Shown: one piece after another, positions 1-9,828 of the stretch
Position numbering within the stretch: the stretch's first letter is position 1
How the letters are laid out: every line of letters begins with the position of its first letter
Assembly: GCA_013203315.1 (NCBI GenBank)
Contig: JABMQJ010000016.1
Span: forward strand, 4,956-68,955
DNA: 64,000 nucleotides
DNA from: Candidatus Omnitrophota bacterium
Lineage (GTDB): Bacteria; Omnitrophota; Gorgyraeia; JABMRN01; RBG-13-46-9
Direction: 5' to 3'
The notes under the pieces: generated by a model
Databases searched by the model: none
Seen by the model: the letters and a program-made list of their open reading frames with translations, nothing else
Told to the model about the DNA's origin: nothing
Made by a program: the position numbers and the translations under genes

Positions 1-1786
1 GGAAGACTACACGACGGGCAAGAGATATAACCTGCCAATGATAATGCCCGTAAATTCTAAAGGTATTTTTGATAATACATGCGGCGAGTTTAGCGGGCTT
101 GATGTACTTCGGGCAAACCCGAAAATCCTGGAGCGGCTTAAAAAAGAAAATGCGCTTCTTCTATCCGAAGATATCGCACATTCGTATCCTCACTGCTGGA
201 GATGCAAAAGACCCATTATCTTCAGGGCAACCGAGCAGTATTTTGTTAAGATCGACCACAAGGAATTAAGAAAAAAAATGTTGGGCGCGATAAAAAGCAA
301 GGTCAAGTGGTACCCCGAAACGGGCCAGACAAGGATATCTGCGATGGTTGAAAATCGCCCGGATTGGTGCCTTTCGAGGCAGCGATACTGGGGTGTCCCC
401 ATAACGGCGTTCAAATGCAAAAAATGTGACGAGATTTTATTAGACCACAAGGTTATTGAGCATGTAGCGGGGATTATCGAAAAGGAAGGTTCAGACGCGT
501 GGTTTATAAAAGACGAAAACGCGCTCCTCCCGGAAAAAACATCCTGCAAAAAATGCGGATCCGGTGACTTCGTCAAAGAAAAAGACATCGTAGACGTGTG
601 GTTCGAGTCGGGCGTAAGCCACCAGGCCGTTTTAAAGCCTGACCCGGCGCTCACTTTTCCATGCGGCCTTTATCTTGAAGGCTCAGACCAGCACAGGGGC
701 TGGTTCCAATCGTCGCTTATTACTTCACAGGCGTTGGTAGGAGGGCCTCCGTATGAAAGCGTTTTTACTCATGGCTTTGTTGTTGACGGAGTTGGGAAGA
801 AGATGTCAAAGAGCCTGGGCAACGTTATTTCCCCGCAGGACCTCATGAAAAAATACGGAGCCGACATACTGCGCCTTTGGGTCGCTTCGAGTAACTATCA
901 CGATGATGTAAGGCTCTCTGATGAGATTTTAAAAAGGCTTGCTGACGCGTATAGAAAGATTAGGAATACGTTCAGATACCTGCTTGGTAACCTATACGAT
1001 TTTGATCCAAAAAAAGATTCAGTTGACCCGAAAGATATGACGGAGCCGGACAGGTGGATACTTTCGAAGCTTTCCGGAATAATCGAAGAGGCGGAAAAAG
1101 ATTATTCAGAGTATAAATTTTATAAAATATTCCGCGCCGCGTATAATTTCTGTGTTTATGAAATTTCGAGTGTTTATCTGGACATTTTGAAAGATAGACT
1201 GTATACTTTCAAAAAAGATGCCCTGGAACGCAGGTCATGCCAGACCGTTCTTTACGAAACCCTGATCGCCCTTTTAAAAATACTGGCCCCGATTTTATCC
1301 TTTACAACCGAAGAGGCCTATCAGGTTCTTTTCCCGGGCGGTTGCGAATCCATACACCTGGAGTCATGGCATTGGACCGATCAAGCTCTTAAGAAATGGA
1401 AAAACGTTGCCCTTGATAAAAAGTGGACACGTCTTCTGGAGCTTCGCGAAGAAGTTTTAAAAGCCCTGGAGGCAAAAAGAATTTCGAATGAAATCCATAG
1501 CTCTCTCGAGGCCAAAATTGTTTTATATACCGATAAGGCTGAATTTAGAAAATTTCTGGAAGAAAATATCCGGGATTTACCGGCGTTTTTTATAACTTCG
1601 CAGGTTGAAATCGCGGACACTCAGGGTGAAGCGAAAAAAGTAGACACGCTACCCCTTTGGATATCCGTGCAAAAGGCTTCCGGAGAAAAATGCAACAGGT
1701 GTTGGAACTATAGTCAAAGTGTAGGTAGCGATAAAGAATTTAAAGACATCTGCCAAAGATGCTTGAACGTTATACGTGAAAGTTGA
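1..1786 (+). CDS. ileS: Isoleucyl-tRNA synthetase, C-terminal portion (gene continues upstream of window)
   Basis: Class I aaRS KMSKS motif ('KMSKSLGNVISP'), IleRS-type anticodon-binding region, C-terminal Zn-binding Cys pairs (CWRCKRP.., CKKCGSG, CNRCWNY..CQRC). ORF open to position 1. Confidence 0.9.
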   Translation, partial: EDYTTGKRYNLPMIMPVNSKGIFDNTCGEFSGLDVLRANPKILERLKKENALLLSEDIAHSYPHCWRCKRPIIFRATEQYFVKIDHKELRKKMLGAIKSKVKWYPETGQTRISAMVENRPDWCLSRQRYWGVPITAFKCKKCDEILLDHKVIEHVAGIIEKEGSDAWFIKDENALLPEKTSCKKCGSGDFVKEKDIVDVWFESGVSHQAVLKPDPALTFPCGLYLEGSDQHRGWFQSSLITSQALVGGPPYESVFTHGFVVDGVGKKMSKSLGNVISPQDLMKKYGADILRLWVASSNYHDDVRLSDEILKRLADAYRKIRNTFRYLLGNLYDFDPKKDSVDPKDMTEPDRWILSKLSGIIEEAEKDYSEYKFYKIFRAAYNFCVYEISSVYLDILKDRLYTFKKDALERRSCQTVLYETLIALLKILAPILSFTTEEAYQVLFPGGCESIHLESWHWTDQALKKWKNVALDKKWTRLLELREEVLKALEAKRISNEIHSSLEAKIVLYTDKAEFRKFLEENIRDLPAFFITSQVEIADTQGEAKKVDTLPLWISVQKASGEKCNRCWNYSQSVGSDKEFKDICQRCLNVIRES

Positions 1787-1807
1787 TTTTAAAAGGAGGA
1801 ACTAATC

Positions 1808-2257
1808 ATGTCAAAGAAAATCCAACGGAGAAAAGTGAGAAAAATTTCAAACAAAAAAAAGGCCGCCAGACCAAAAGGCAAACTTAGCAAAAAAGAAACC
1901 GCGATTTTTAAGAAGTCGCTGATAAAAGAAAAAATAAATTTATTACAGGGAATGAATCATCTTACAAACGAGACGTTGAAGAAATCGCAGCGCGAAGCCT
2001 CCGGCGATCTGTCCGGTTACGCATATCACATGGCGGATATGGCAAGCGATGTTTACGAAAGGGATCTTCTTTTAAAGCTTGCTTCGGGCGAAAGGGAGAT
2101 TTTGTTTAAGATCGACGAGGCCCTCCAGCGCATAAAAGAAGGCAAGTATGGCTCTTGCGCTTCCTGTGACAAAAAAATCTCCAAAACGCGGCTCCGGGCT
2201 ATACCGCAAACTGTTCACTGCCGCGAATGCCAGGAAAAAGAAGAAAAAAAGCAATAA
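1808..2257 (+). CDS. DksA/TraR-family C4 zinc-finger protein with Lys-rich N-terminal extension
   Basis: C-terminal 'CASCDKKISKTRLRAIPQTVHCRECQ' (Cx2C-x17-Cx2C DksA/TraR finger) preceded by a coiled-coil-like region. RBS 'aaggagga' upstream. Sits between ileS and lspA. Confidence 0.7.
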   Translation: MSKKIQRRKVRKISNKKKAARPKGKLSKKETAIFKKSLIKEKINLLQGMNHLTNETLKKSQREASGDLSGYAYHMADMASDVYERDLLLKLASGEREILFKIDEALQRIKEGKYGSCASCDKKISKTRLRAIPQTVHCRECQEKEEKKQ

Positions 2258-2264
2258 TCAAAAA

Positions 2265-2702
2265 GTGAATATATTTACCGGCTCCCTGGTTATTTTCATT
2301 TTTTTCCTGGATCAAATCTCAAAATTTTTCATTTTGCGAAACTTGGACATAAATGAATCTGTCCCCGTAATACGAAACATCTTTCACGTAACCCTCGTTC
2401 AAAATACCGGAGCGGCTTTCGGCATTTTTAAAAGCGGAACACTATTTTTTATCGTCATATCAATCTTGGCGGTAGGCGCCATTACCGTACATCTTATAAG
2501 AAAACCCAATATATCTTTATTATTGAATGCGGCGCTTTCGCTAATATTGGGCGGGGTGCTTGGGAATCTGTTTGACAGGGTGCGTCTCGGATACGTAATC
2601 GATTTTTTGGATTTCAGGGTGTGGCCCGTATTTAACGTGGCAGATTCGGCAATAACAATCGGTGTAATTTTATTAATCTTTAGTCTATTACGAAAGAAGT
2701 GA
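2265..2702 (+). CDS. lspA: Lipoprotein signal peptidase II
   Basis: Four predicted TM segments, conserved LspA motifs ('NTGAAFG', 'FNVADSAI'). GTG start at 2265 chosen because the ATG at 2148 would overlap the upstream gene by 110 nt; start is uncertain. Confidence 0.8.
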   Translation: MNIFTGSLVIFIFFLDQISKFFILRNLDINESVPVIRNIFHVTLVQNTGAAFGIFKSGTLFFIVISILAVGAITVHLIRKPNISLLLNAALSLILGGVLGNLFDRVRLGYVIDFLDFRVWPVFNVADSAITIGVILLIFSLLRKK

Positions 2703-2703
2703 C

Positions 2704-3444
2704 ATGCACCCGATACTTTTTGAAATTGGCCCATTTACCCTAAGAAGCTACGGTGCCCTGATTGCCCTGGCTTTTTTCGTAGGGTATTTTTTCTTGTACA
2801 GGGAAGCCAAAAAGAAAAATTTCTATCCCGACAAAATTCTTGATATCGAGCTTATTATGCTCATTTCGGGAATTTTGGGCGCGCGCGCACTGCACGTTCT
2901 GGTGAACCTCGATTATTACCGCGCAAATTTACCTGACATGTTTTTCTTCTGGAAAGGGGGTCTTGCTTTTTACGGCGGGCTTATTTTAGCAATACTTGCA
3001 TCTTGGGTATTTATCGTAAAAAATAAAATGCCAAGGTGGGAAACGGCGGATTTTATAATTCCCTATATAGCGCTCGGACAGGCAATAGGAAGAGTCGGGT
3101 GTTTTTTTAACGGATGCTGTTTTGGAAAAGAGACCGCGTCTTCTTTTGGCGTTATATTTTATGGGGATAGCATTTACAGGCATCCGACACAGCTTTACGC
3201 GGCATTTGCGCTTCTTTGCATTTTTGTTATATTGAGACTTACCCAGAAAAACGAGCCCTTTGCGGGGCTTGTTGCCGGGCTATACCTATTACTATACGGC
3301 CTTCAAAGATTCTTCATCGATTTCCTGCGCGGAGATACACCGCGCTACGCGTTAAACCTGACCGCTTCACAGCTTATAAGCATAGGGATTCTTCTTCTAG
3401 CAGCGTTTGTTTTTATAAGCCGTCGTATCCGGGAAAAGGCATAA
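2704..3444 (+). CDS. lgt: Prolipoprotein diacylglyceryl transferase
   Basis: Typical Lgt N-terminus 'MHPILFEIGPFTLRSYGALIALAFFVGY', signature 'GRVGCFFNGCCFGK', multi-TM. Start 1 nt after lspA stop. Confidence 0.9.
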   Translation: MHPILFEIGPFTLRSYGALIALAFFVGYFFLYREAKKKNFYPDKILDIELIMLISGILGARALHVLVNLDYYRANLPDMFFFWKGGLAFYGGLILAILASWVFIVKNKMPRWETADFIIPYIALGQAIGRVGCFFNGCCFGKETASSFGVIFYGDSIYRHPTQLYAAFALLCIFVILRLTQKNEPFAGLVAGLYLLLYGLQRFFIDFLRGDTPRYALNLTASQLISIGILLLAAFVFISRRIREKA

Positions 3445-3450
3445 GTTATC

Positions 3451-4362
3451 ATGGAAGAGCATAAGCTGCGCGTTGAAATGTCGAATGCCGGAAAACGCAT
3501 TGATAAATTTCTCGTAGATGCGTTTGAAGGAAAGTTTTCACGGTCTTTTATAAAAAAGCTAATTGATGCCGAAAACGTTCTTGTTGACGGAAAGCATCCA
3601 AATGCCCACTATAAGGTTTCGGCAGAAGAAATCATAAAAGTAACTATTCCGGAACCGAAGGCCCTACAGCTAAAACCGGAAAACATCCCGCTTGATATAG
3701 CATATGAGGATAAGGATCTCCTTGTTGTCAATAAGGCGGCGGGAATTTCAGTGCATCCGGCGGGAATGAATTTTACGGGGACACTGGTTAATGCGCTTCT
3801 TTATCACTGCAAGGATCTTTCCGGGATAGGAGGGGTGGCAAGGCCCGGGATTGTCCATCGTCTTGACAAGGAAACCTCGGGACTTTTGGTTGTTGCAAAA
3901 AACGACACTGCGCATGTAAACCTTTCAGGACAGTTTAGAAACCGGACCGTAAAAAGAAAATATATTGCGCTTGTTAAAGGCGCGGTGCAGCTGGATAACG
4001 GCAGGATCGACCTCCCCATTGCCCGGCGCAAAAAAGACATAACCAAGATGGGGATTTCGTTCGCTGACGAAAAAAAGAAAAACGCCATAACGAATTACAA
4101 GGTTATTAAAAGATTTAAAGATTTTACAGTGCTAGAGCTTTCGCTTGAAACCGGGAGAACGCACCAGATAAGAGTGCATGCCGCGCACATGGGACATCCG
4201 GTTATCGGCGATAAACTTTACGGGTCAAAAAGGGGAGCCATGACCCATGCGTTACACGCAAAGACGCTTGGCTTTTTTCATCCTGTAACAAAAAAATTTA
4301 TGGAATTTAATAGTGACATTCCGCGTGAAATGCAGGAGTTGATTAAGCGCGGGCAACTGTGA
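3451..4362 (+). CDS. rluD: RluA-family 23S rRNA pseudouridine synthase (RluD-like) with N-terminal S4 domain
   Basis: S4-like N-terminus, catalytic motif 'HRLDKETSGLLVVAKN', C-terminal 'GRTHQIRVHAAHMGHPVIGDKLYG'. Confidence 0.85.
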   Translation: MEEHKLRVEMSNAGKRIDKFLVDAFEGKFSRSFIKKLIDAENVLVDGKHPNAHYKVSAEEIIKVTIPEPKALQLKPENIPLDIAYEDKDLLVVNKAAGISVHPAGMNFTGTLVNALLYHCKDLSGIGGVARPGIVHRLDKETSGLLVVAKNDTAHVNLSGQFRNRTVKRKYIALVKGAVQLDNGRIDLPIARRKKDITKMGISFADEKKKNAITNYKVIKRFKDFTVLELSLETGRTHQIRVHAAHMGHPVIGDKLYGSKRGAMTHALHAKTLGFFHPVTKKFMEFNSDIPREMQELIKRGQL

Positions 4363-4376
4363 TACAATAGATTTCG

Positions 4377-5657
4377 ATGGATAAAACAATAAAGCCAATA
4401 GAGCATTTGCGCGGAGAGATAGCGCTCCCCGGCGATAAATCCATATCGCATAGAACTGTTTTTATCGGGAGCATTTCAAAAGGAAAGACCACTGCGAAAA
4501 ACTTCCTGCAAGCCGAGGATTGCCTTCATACTGTTTCTGCTTTTCGCGCGATGGGGATAGACATAGACATTCGTGATAAAAGTGTTTCGATCTGGGGCGG
4601 CGGACTAAAAGGGCTAAAAAAGCCCGAAAAAAAACTCTATCTCGGAAATTCCGGAACCACGATGCGAATTCTTCCCGGGATTCTGGCAGGCCAGGATTTT
4701 AAGGTAGAGTTAACCGGCGATGCCTCGCTTTCAAAAAGGCCGATGGATAGAATTATTGCGCCCTTACGGGAAATGGGCGTTGATATACACTCGCAAAATA
4801 AGGATGGTTGTCCGCCGCTTACGGTTACCGGCGGCCGAGTGAGAACAATAGAACACTCTACTCGGGTTGCCAGCGCCCAGGTTAAATCATGTATTCTATT
4901 CGCCGGATTAAATGCAGACGGAGTTACAAGCGTGACAGAACCCTTTATGTCGCGGGATCACACAGAACGCATGCTGGAATTTGCGGGTGCGAAGATTTCA
5001 AGAAAAAATCTGACAGTTTCAGTAAAGGGAAAGTGCTCGCTTCAAGGTAAAGAATTTATCGTTCCCGGAGACCCCTCGGGCGCAGCATTCTTCATTGCCG
5101 GCGCGACTTTATTGGAAGGATCTGACATAACGTTAAGAGGCGTTGGTTTAAATCCTACGAGAACAGGTTTTCTTACGGCACTTCAAAAAATGGGAGCCGA
5201 TATTACTATCTTAAACAAAAAAGAAGCAGCTGAGCCATACGGCGATATCCGCGTGAGATCCGCGCCGCTAAAAGCGTTAACTATAGAAAAAAAAGATGTG
5301 CCTTTTTTAATTGATGAAGTTCCGATACTTGCGGTTCTGGCAACACAGGCAAAGGGCACGACCGTCATAAAGGGCATCGGCGAATTGCGCGTTAAAGAAA
5401 CTGACAGAATTTTTTCGATAACGGAAAATCTAAGACTTATGAATGCGGACATAAGCTCGGAGGGCGATACCCTCGTAATAAACGGGCGAAGAAAAAGATT
5501 CGCAAAAGCGACTTTAAATAGTTTTAAAGATCACAGGACTGCCATGAGCATGGCCGTGGCGTCACTCTCCGCAGACGGTGATTGCAAGATAAAAGATACG
5601 GCTTGCGTAAATACGTCGTTTCCGGGATTTTTCGATCTTCTCGAGTATTTACAATAG
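4377..5657 (+). CDS. aroA: 3-phosphoshikimate 1-carboxyvinyltransferase (EPSP synthase)
   Basis: Motifs 'LPGDKSISHR', 'LGNSGTTMRIL', 'RPMDRIIAPLREMG'; length 426 aa typical. Confidence 0.9.
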   Translation: MDKTIKPIEHLRGEIALPGDKSISHRTVFIGSISKGKTTAKNFLQAEDCLHTVSAFRAMGIDIDIRDKSVSIWGGGLKGLKKPEKKLYLGNSGTTMRILPGILAGQDFKVELTGDASLSKRPMDRIIAPLREMGVDIHSQNKDGCPPLTVTGGRVRTIEHSTRVASAQVKSCILFAGLNADGVTSVTEPFMSRDHTERMLEFAGAKISRKNLTVSVKGKCSLQGKEFIVPGDPSGAAFFIAGATLLEGSDITLRGVGLNPTRTGFLTALQKMGADITILNKKEAAEPYGDIRVRSAPLKALTIEKKDVPFLIDEVPILAVLATQAKGTTVIKGIGELRVKETDRIFSITENLRLMNADISSEGDTLVINGRRKRFAKATLNSFKDHRTAMSMAVASLSADGDCKIKDTACVNTSFPGFFDLLEYLQ

Positions 5658-5678
5658 AAAGAGTTCTGAAAAAATAGT

Positions 5679-5707
5679 TTGACAAACAGGGGATGCTTTG
5701 TTAATAT
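5679..5707 (+). promoter_or_regulatory. Putative sigma70-type promoter upstream of mreB (TTGACA-17-TAATAT)
   Basis: TTGACA at 5679-5684, 17-nt spacer, TAATAT at 5702-5707; RBS 'agagggggc' follows. Confidence 0.35.
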
Positions 5708-5736
5708 TATGAAATAATAGAGGGGGCAATCCGGCT

Positions 5737-6816
5737 GTGAATTTAGACATTAATAAAATTAAAGAGTTAGCATATAAAGGGTTCAATAATTTATTGGGCC
5801 TTTTTTCTAATGACATGGGCATAGATCTCGGAACTGCCAATACTTTGGTTTATGTAAAAAACCAGGGAATCGTTCTTTGCGAGCCTTCTGTTGTTGCGGT
5901 TCAAGCAGGAAGCTCAAACGTGCTGGCGGTTGGCGAAGAAGCAAAAAGAATGCTTGGCAGAACTCCCGGGACCATCGTTGCCATAAGGCCCATGCGAAAC
6001 GGAGTAATCGCGGATTTTGAAATTACCGAAGCAATGCTCCGGTACTTCATAAAAAAAGTTCATAATTCCCGCAGACTTGTGCGCCCTAGAATGGTTATAG
6101 CTATTCCTTCCGGTATTACTGAGGTTGAAAAAAGAGCCGTTAAAGATTCCGCTTTGCACGCCGGTGCGCGCGAAGTTTTCATGGTGGAAGAGCCGATCGC
6201 GGCAGCCATAGGAGTGGGGCTACCGATTCATGAACCATCCGGTAGCATGATAATTGATATTGGCGGAGGCACTACGGAGATGGCAGTTATATCGCTGGCA
6301 GGCGTAGTATTTTCCAAGTCGATACGCATAGCCGGCGATGAGATGGACGAATCTATTATAAATTATCTAAAAAAGACGTATAATCTGATGATAGGGGAGC
6401 GCACAGCCGAGGAAATAAAATTAAAGATAGGATCGGCTTACCCACTAGATGAAGAGCTAACGATGGAAGTAAGGGGCCGAGACCTTGTTGCGGGCCTACC
6501 AAAAATGATCACTGTTTCCTCAGAAGAGATAAGAGAGTCACTAGCCGAACCCATTGCGCAAATCGTCGAAGCCATCCGGATAACGCTGGAGAGAACCCCG
6601 CCTGAGCTTTCGGCGGATCTCATGGAAAAAGGACTCATATTAGCTGGAGGTGGGTCACTTTTGAGGGGGTTGGATAAACTCATTGCCGAAGAAACCGGCT
6701 TACCCGTTCATATCGCTGAAGATCCTTTAACGGCCGTTGCCTTGGGTACCGGCAGGGTCTTGAGCGAGATCAAGTATCTAAAAAGACTTGCAGTAACCCC
6801 TAAAGTCGAAAGATAA
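5737..6816 (+). CDS. mreB: Rod shape-determining actin homolog MreB
   Basis: '[19 protein letters not shown]' phosphate-1 motif and 'IDIGGGTTE' phosphate-2 motif. GTG start with a ~15-aa N-terminal extension relative to canonical MreB; start uncertain. Confidence 0.9.
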   Translation: MNLDINKIKELAYKGFNNLLGLFSNDMGIDLGTANTLVYVKNQGIVLCEPSVVAVQAGSSNVLAVGEEAKRMLGRTPGTIVAIRPMRNGVIADFEITEAMLRYFIKKVHNSRRLVRPRMVIAIPSGITEVEKRAVKDSALHAGAREVFMVEEPIAAAIGVGLPIHEPSGSMIIDIGGGTTEMAVISLAGVVFSKSIRIAGDEMDESIINYLKKTYNLMIGERTAEEIKLKIGSAYPLDEELTMEVRGRDLVAGLPKMITVSSEEIRESLAEPIAQIVEAIRITLERTPPELSADLMEKGLILAGGGSLLRGLDKLIAEETGLPVHIAEDPLTAVALGTGRVLSEIKYLKRLAVTPKVER

Positions 6817-6830
6817 CCCAATCTTTCAAG

Positions 6831-7622
6831 TTGCAAATTTATAGGATAAGAAAATTTCCCGCAAAACTCTCTATCTTCATAATTGTTCTCCTTATCATTG
6901 TCTTCAATCCAAGGATACGCACAGGCGTTAAAAATTTTGCCTTCGAAATTCTAATCAAACCCTTCAAGGTAACCTCGGGCATTAAAACGTATTTTACCCG
7001 CACAAAAAGCCTTTCGGAAGAAATTTTATCATTAAAGCAACGCGTGGGCGCGCTTTCGGTGGAGTTGGCAAGAATGAAAGAAGTATCGCTTGAAAGCGAG
7101 AGGCTACGAGAACTCCTCAAATTCAAAAAAAGCTTGCAATATAGAACAATAGTCGCTAAAGTTATTGCGCGTGATGCGACAGATTGGCGAAGCGCCATGA
7201 TTATAAACAAAGGTAGGTCACGCGGTATCGCAGAACACATGCCATGCGCTACGACAAAAGGGCTTATTGGTTCGGTGGCGGAGGTGGGCCCTGCTTCGAG
7301 TAAGGTTATGCTGATCACGGATCCTAATTCGAAAATCGGAGTTATTCTCGAATCTTCACGGGAGAGCGGCGTTCTGGTAGGCTCCCCACAGGGGACATGT
7401 AAGGTTATATATCTTTCACTTGATGCGGATATGAAAAAAGGGGAGAAGGTTTTAACCGCGGGTTTTAGCGCATTTTTCCCTAAGGGCCTTGTGGTCGGTG
7501 AAGTTACCGAGGTAGGAATTGAAACACCGGGCCTTTATAAATATGCGATTGTTAATCCGGTTTGCGACATGGGTAAAATTGAAGAAGTCATATGTATCGA
7601 GGTAGGTAAAGGTGCAGAATAA
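6831..7622 (+). CDS. mreC: Rod shape-determining protein MreC
   Basis: N-terminal TM, coiled-coil ('LKQRVGALSVELARMKEV'), C-terminal beta domains ending 'GLVVGEVTEV'; positioned between mreB and mreD. Confidence 0.8.
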   Translation: MQIYRIRKFPAKLSIFIIVLLIIVFNPRIRTGVKNFAFEILIKPFKVTSGIKTYFTRTKSLSEEILSLKQRVGALSVELARMKEVSLESERLRELLKFKKSLQYRTIVAKVIARDATDWRSAMIINKGRSRGIAEHMPCATTKGLIGSVAEVGPASSKVMLITDPNSKIGVILESSRESGVLVGSPQGTCKVIYLSLDADMKKGEKVLTAGFSAFFPKGLVVGEVTEVGIETPGLYKYAIVNPVCDMGKIEEVICIEVGKGAE

Positions 7623-8106
7623 TAGATTTGCCTTATACGCTTCGCTTGTGATGCTTTTGTTTATGGAACTTGCGGTATTTAGCAAGCTGAGAATTTTTGG
7701 CGTAAGACCCGAACTACTACTCGTTGCAACGGTATTTTTCGGATTCCATTTCGGAATAGCCCGCGGCATGGAGGTGGGCATGATTTCAGGGATTCTGAAA
7801 GATTTATTCAGCATGACCACTTTTGGCGTTAACGCATTTTCATTTTTACTTGTAGGGTTCTTAGCGGGCTTTCTTAAAGATAAATTATTCAAAGAGGATG
7901 TTATAACCCAATTCTTCCTTTCATGTGCCTCCGTCTATCTTATTTCCGGTATTTATTTTTTGTATCTGGATAAAATCATGGGTAACAATTTGAGCACCGT
8001 TTTCTGGAAACAGGGTGGCGTTAAGGCACTATACACGGGCTGCGTGGCACTGGTTTTATTTTTTACCCTTACGAAGATTTTCGGTTTTCCGAAAAAACAA
8101 AATTAG
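7612..8106 (+). CDS. mreD: Rod shape-determining protein MreD
   Basis: 164-aa polytopic membrane protein overlapping mreC by 11 nt, immediately upstream of PBP2. Confidence 0.7.
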   Translation: MQNNRFALYASLVMLLFMELAVFSKLRIFGVRPELLLVATVFFGFHFGIARGMEVGMISGILKDLFSMTTFGVNAFSFLLVGFLAGFLKDKLFKEDVITQFFLSCASVYLISGIYFLYLDKIMGNNLSTVFWKQGGVKALYTGCVALVLFFTLTKIFGFPKKQN

Positions 8107-9828
8107 ATGAGAACAAAAGTTTTCGCATTCATCGCCTTTTTCTTTTTCGGAATTCTTATTTTCGGGTTATTTTATACTCAGGCGCTGAAATACGAATACT
8201 ATAAAGGGCTATCCGAAAGAAATAGAATTCGCGTCATACCGCTTGAGGCGCCGAGAGGAAAGATATACGATAGGTCCGGAAGGCTTCTGGTAAGCAACCG
8301 GATCGCGTTTGATGTCGAAGTTATTTTCCAGGAAATAAAAGACGAGAATAAAACGGTTGATTTATTAAGTGGGATACTTGCTATTGACAGGCGCGCGCTT
8401 GAAAAGAAAATTGACGCTGCCCGAAAACGTCCGTTTGCTCCGGCAAAAATAGCCAAGGACATAGAAAAAGAAAAGGCTATCCGCGTAGAAGAAATAAGCT
8501 TAGATCTGCCGGGCGTGATAGTTACCACAAGGCCCCTCCGTAATTATCTGTACAAAAATTCTCTTTCCCACGTAACCGGTTACATCGGGAAGATAAGCGA
8601 GCCGGAACTGGCAAAATATAAAGTTTACGGATACCGCATGCAGGATTTTGTCGGGAAAGACGGAATCGAACGCGCCTTTAACGATTACCTGAGAGGTGTT
8701 GACGGGGGGCTTCAAGTGGAAGTTGATTCAAGAGGCCGCCAGATAAACATTCTTGCGATAAAAGAAGCGCGGCAAGGCCGAAACCTTTACCTTACCATAG
8801 ATATAGAACTTCAGGAGTTTTGTCACGAACTTTTGAAAGAAAAAACAGGCGCAATCGTGGTAATGGACCCTTCTACGGGAGCAATTCTTGCCCTTGTGAG
8901 CCAACCGGATTTTGACCCAAACGCATTTGTGAGCCCGCAAAGATCCGGGGAGGTGTCGCGTCTTTTAAACGATTCCGGCTCGTTCCCGATGATAAACCGC
9001 GCCATAAGCGGCACATATCCGCCAGGTTCGGTTTTTAAAATTGCGGTTTTTGCCGCCGCCTTAGATACGGGAAAATTTAACGATACAAAAACTTTTTTCT
9101 GTGATGGGAGTCACCGGGTGGGTAACAGAGTTTTTCACTGTTGGAAAGAGGAAGGGCACGGAGCGCAGAATGTCAGAAACGGCATCAAAAATTCTTGCAA
9201 TGTCTTTTTCTATCAATTAGGCTTATTTCTGGGTGTGGACGAAATATCAAAATATGCTTTTAAGATGGGGTTAGGCAGGCCCGCGGGCATAGATTTGCCG
9301 GGAGAAGTAAGCGGCTTGGTTCCGACTCCGTCTTGGAAAAGAAGGAAACTAAAACAGTCCTGGTTCAAGGGTGAAACGGCAAACTATGCGATAGGGCAGG
9401 GGTATCTTCTTGTTACGCCCCTGCAAATTGTGCGTTTCCTCGGAGCTATAGCAAGCGGCGGCAATCTTCCGCAACCTTATGTTGTTGAAAGGATAGAGGA
9501 TATAAAGTCGCGCCGTACAGAGGCCGAAGATACAGGAATCAGGCATAAAGTTCTGGAAGCTTTAAAGGTGGGGTTGGGAGACGTGATAAATGCCAAAGGC
9601 GGCACAGGCTATTACGCTAGATCAAAAGAAGTTATTATTGCCGGTAAAACAGGTACAGCACAGAATCCACACGGTGATTCACACGCATGGTTTGCGGGGT
9701 TTGCCCCTATTGATGATCCCAGAATTTGTGTCGTCGTATTTATCGAGCAAGGCGGAAAAGGCGGTTTGGCGCCGGCACGCTCCGCAAAAAAAATTATAGA
9801 AGAAACAAAAAAGCTGGGGCTCTTGTAG
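8107..9828 (+). CDS. mrdA: Penicillin-binding protein 2 (elongasome transpeptidase)
   Basis: N-terminal TM, PBP dimerisation domain, transpeptidase motifs SxxK ('GSVFK'), SxN ('KNSCN'), KTG ('KTGTAQ'). Confidence 0.9.
   Translation: MRTKVFAFIAFFFFGILIFGLFYTQALKYEYYKGLSERNRIRVIPLEAPRGKIYDRSGRLLVSNRIAFDVEVIFQEIKDENKTVDLLSGILAIDRRALEKKIDAARKRPFAPAKIAKDIEKEKAIRVEEISLDLPGVIVTTRPLRNYLYKNSLSHVTGYIGKISEPELAKYKVYGYRMQDFVGKDGIERAFNDYLRGVDGGLQVEVDSRGRQINILAIKEARQGRNLYLTIDIELQEFCHELLKEKTGAIVVMDPSTGAILALVSQPDFDPNAFVSPQRSGEVSRLLNDSGSFPMINRAISGTYPPGSVFKIAVFAAALDTGKFNDTKTFFCDGSHRVGNRVFHCWKEEGHGAQNVRNGIKNSCNVFFYQLGLFLGVDEISKYAFKMGLGRPAGIDLPGEVSGLVPTPSWKRRKLKQSWFKGETANYAIGQGYLLVTPLQIVRFLGAIASGGNLPQPYVVERIEDIKSRRTEAEDTGIRHKVLEALKVGLGDVINAKGGTGYYARSKEVIIAGKTGTAQNPHGDSHAWFAGFAPIDDPRICVVVFIEQGGKGGLAPARSAKKIIEETKKLGLL

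Noticed and set aside
2148-2264. ORF-track start of lspA at 2148 (184 aa)
   Set aside because: Would overlap the upstream DksA-like gene by 110 nt and add a Lys-rich, non-membrane N-terminus. The GTG at 2265 gives a canonical ~146-aa LspA that begins at its first TM helix.
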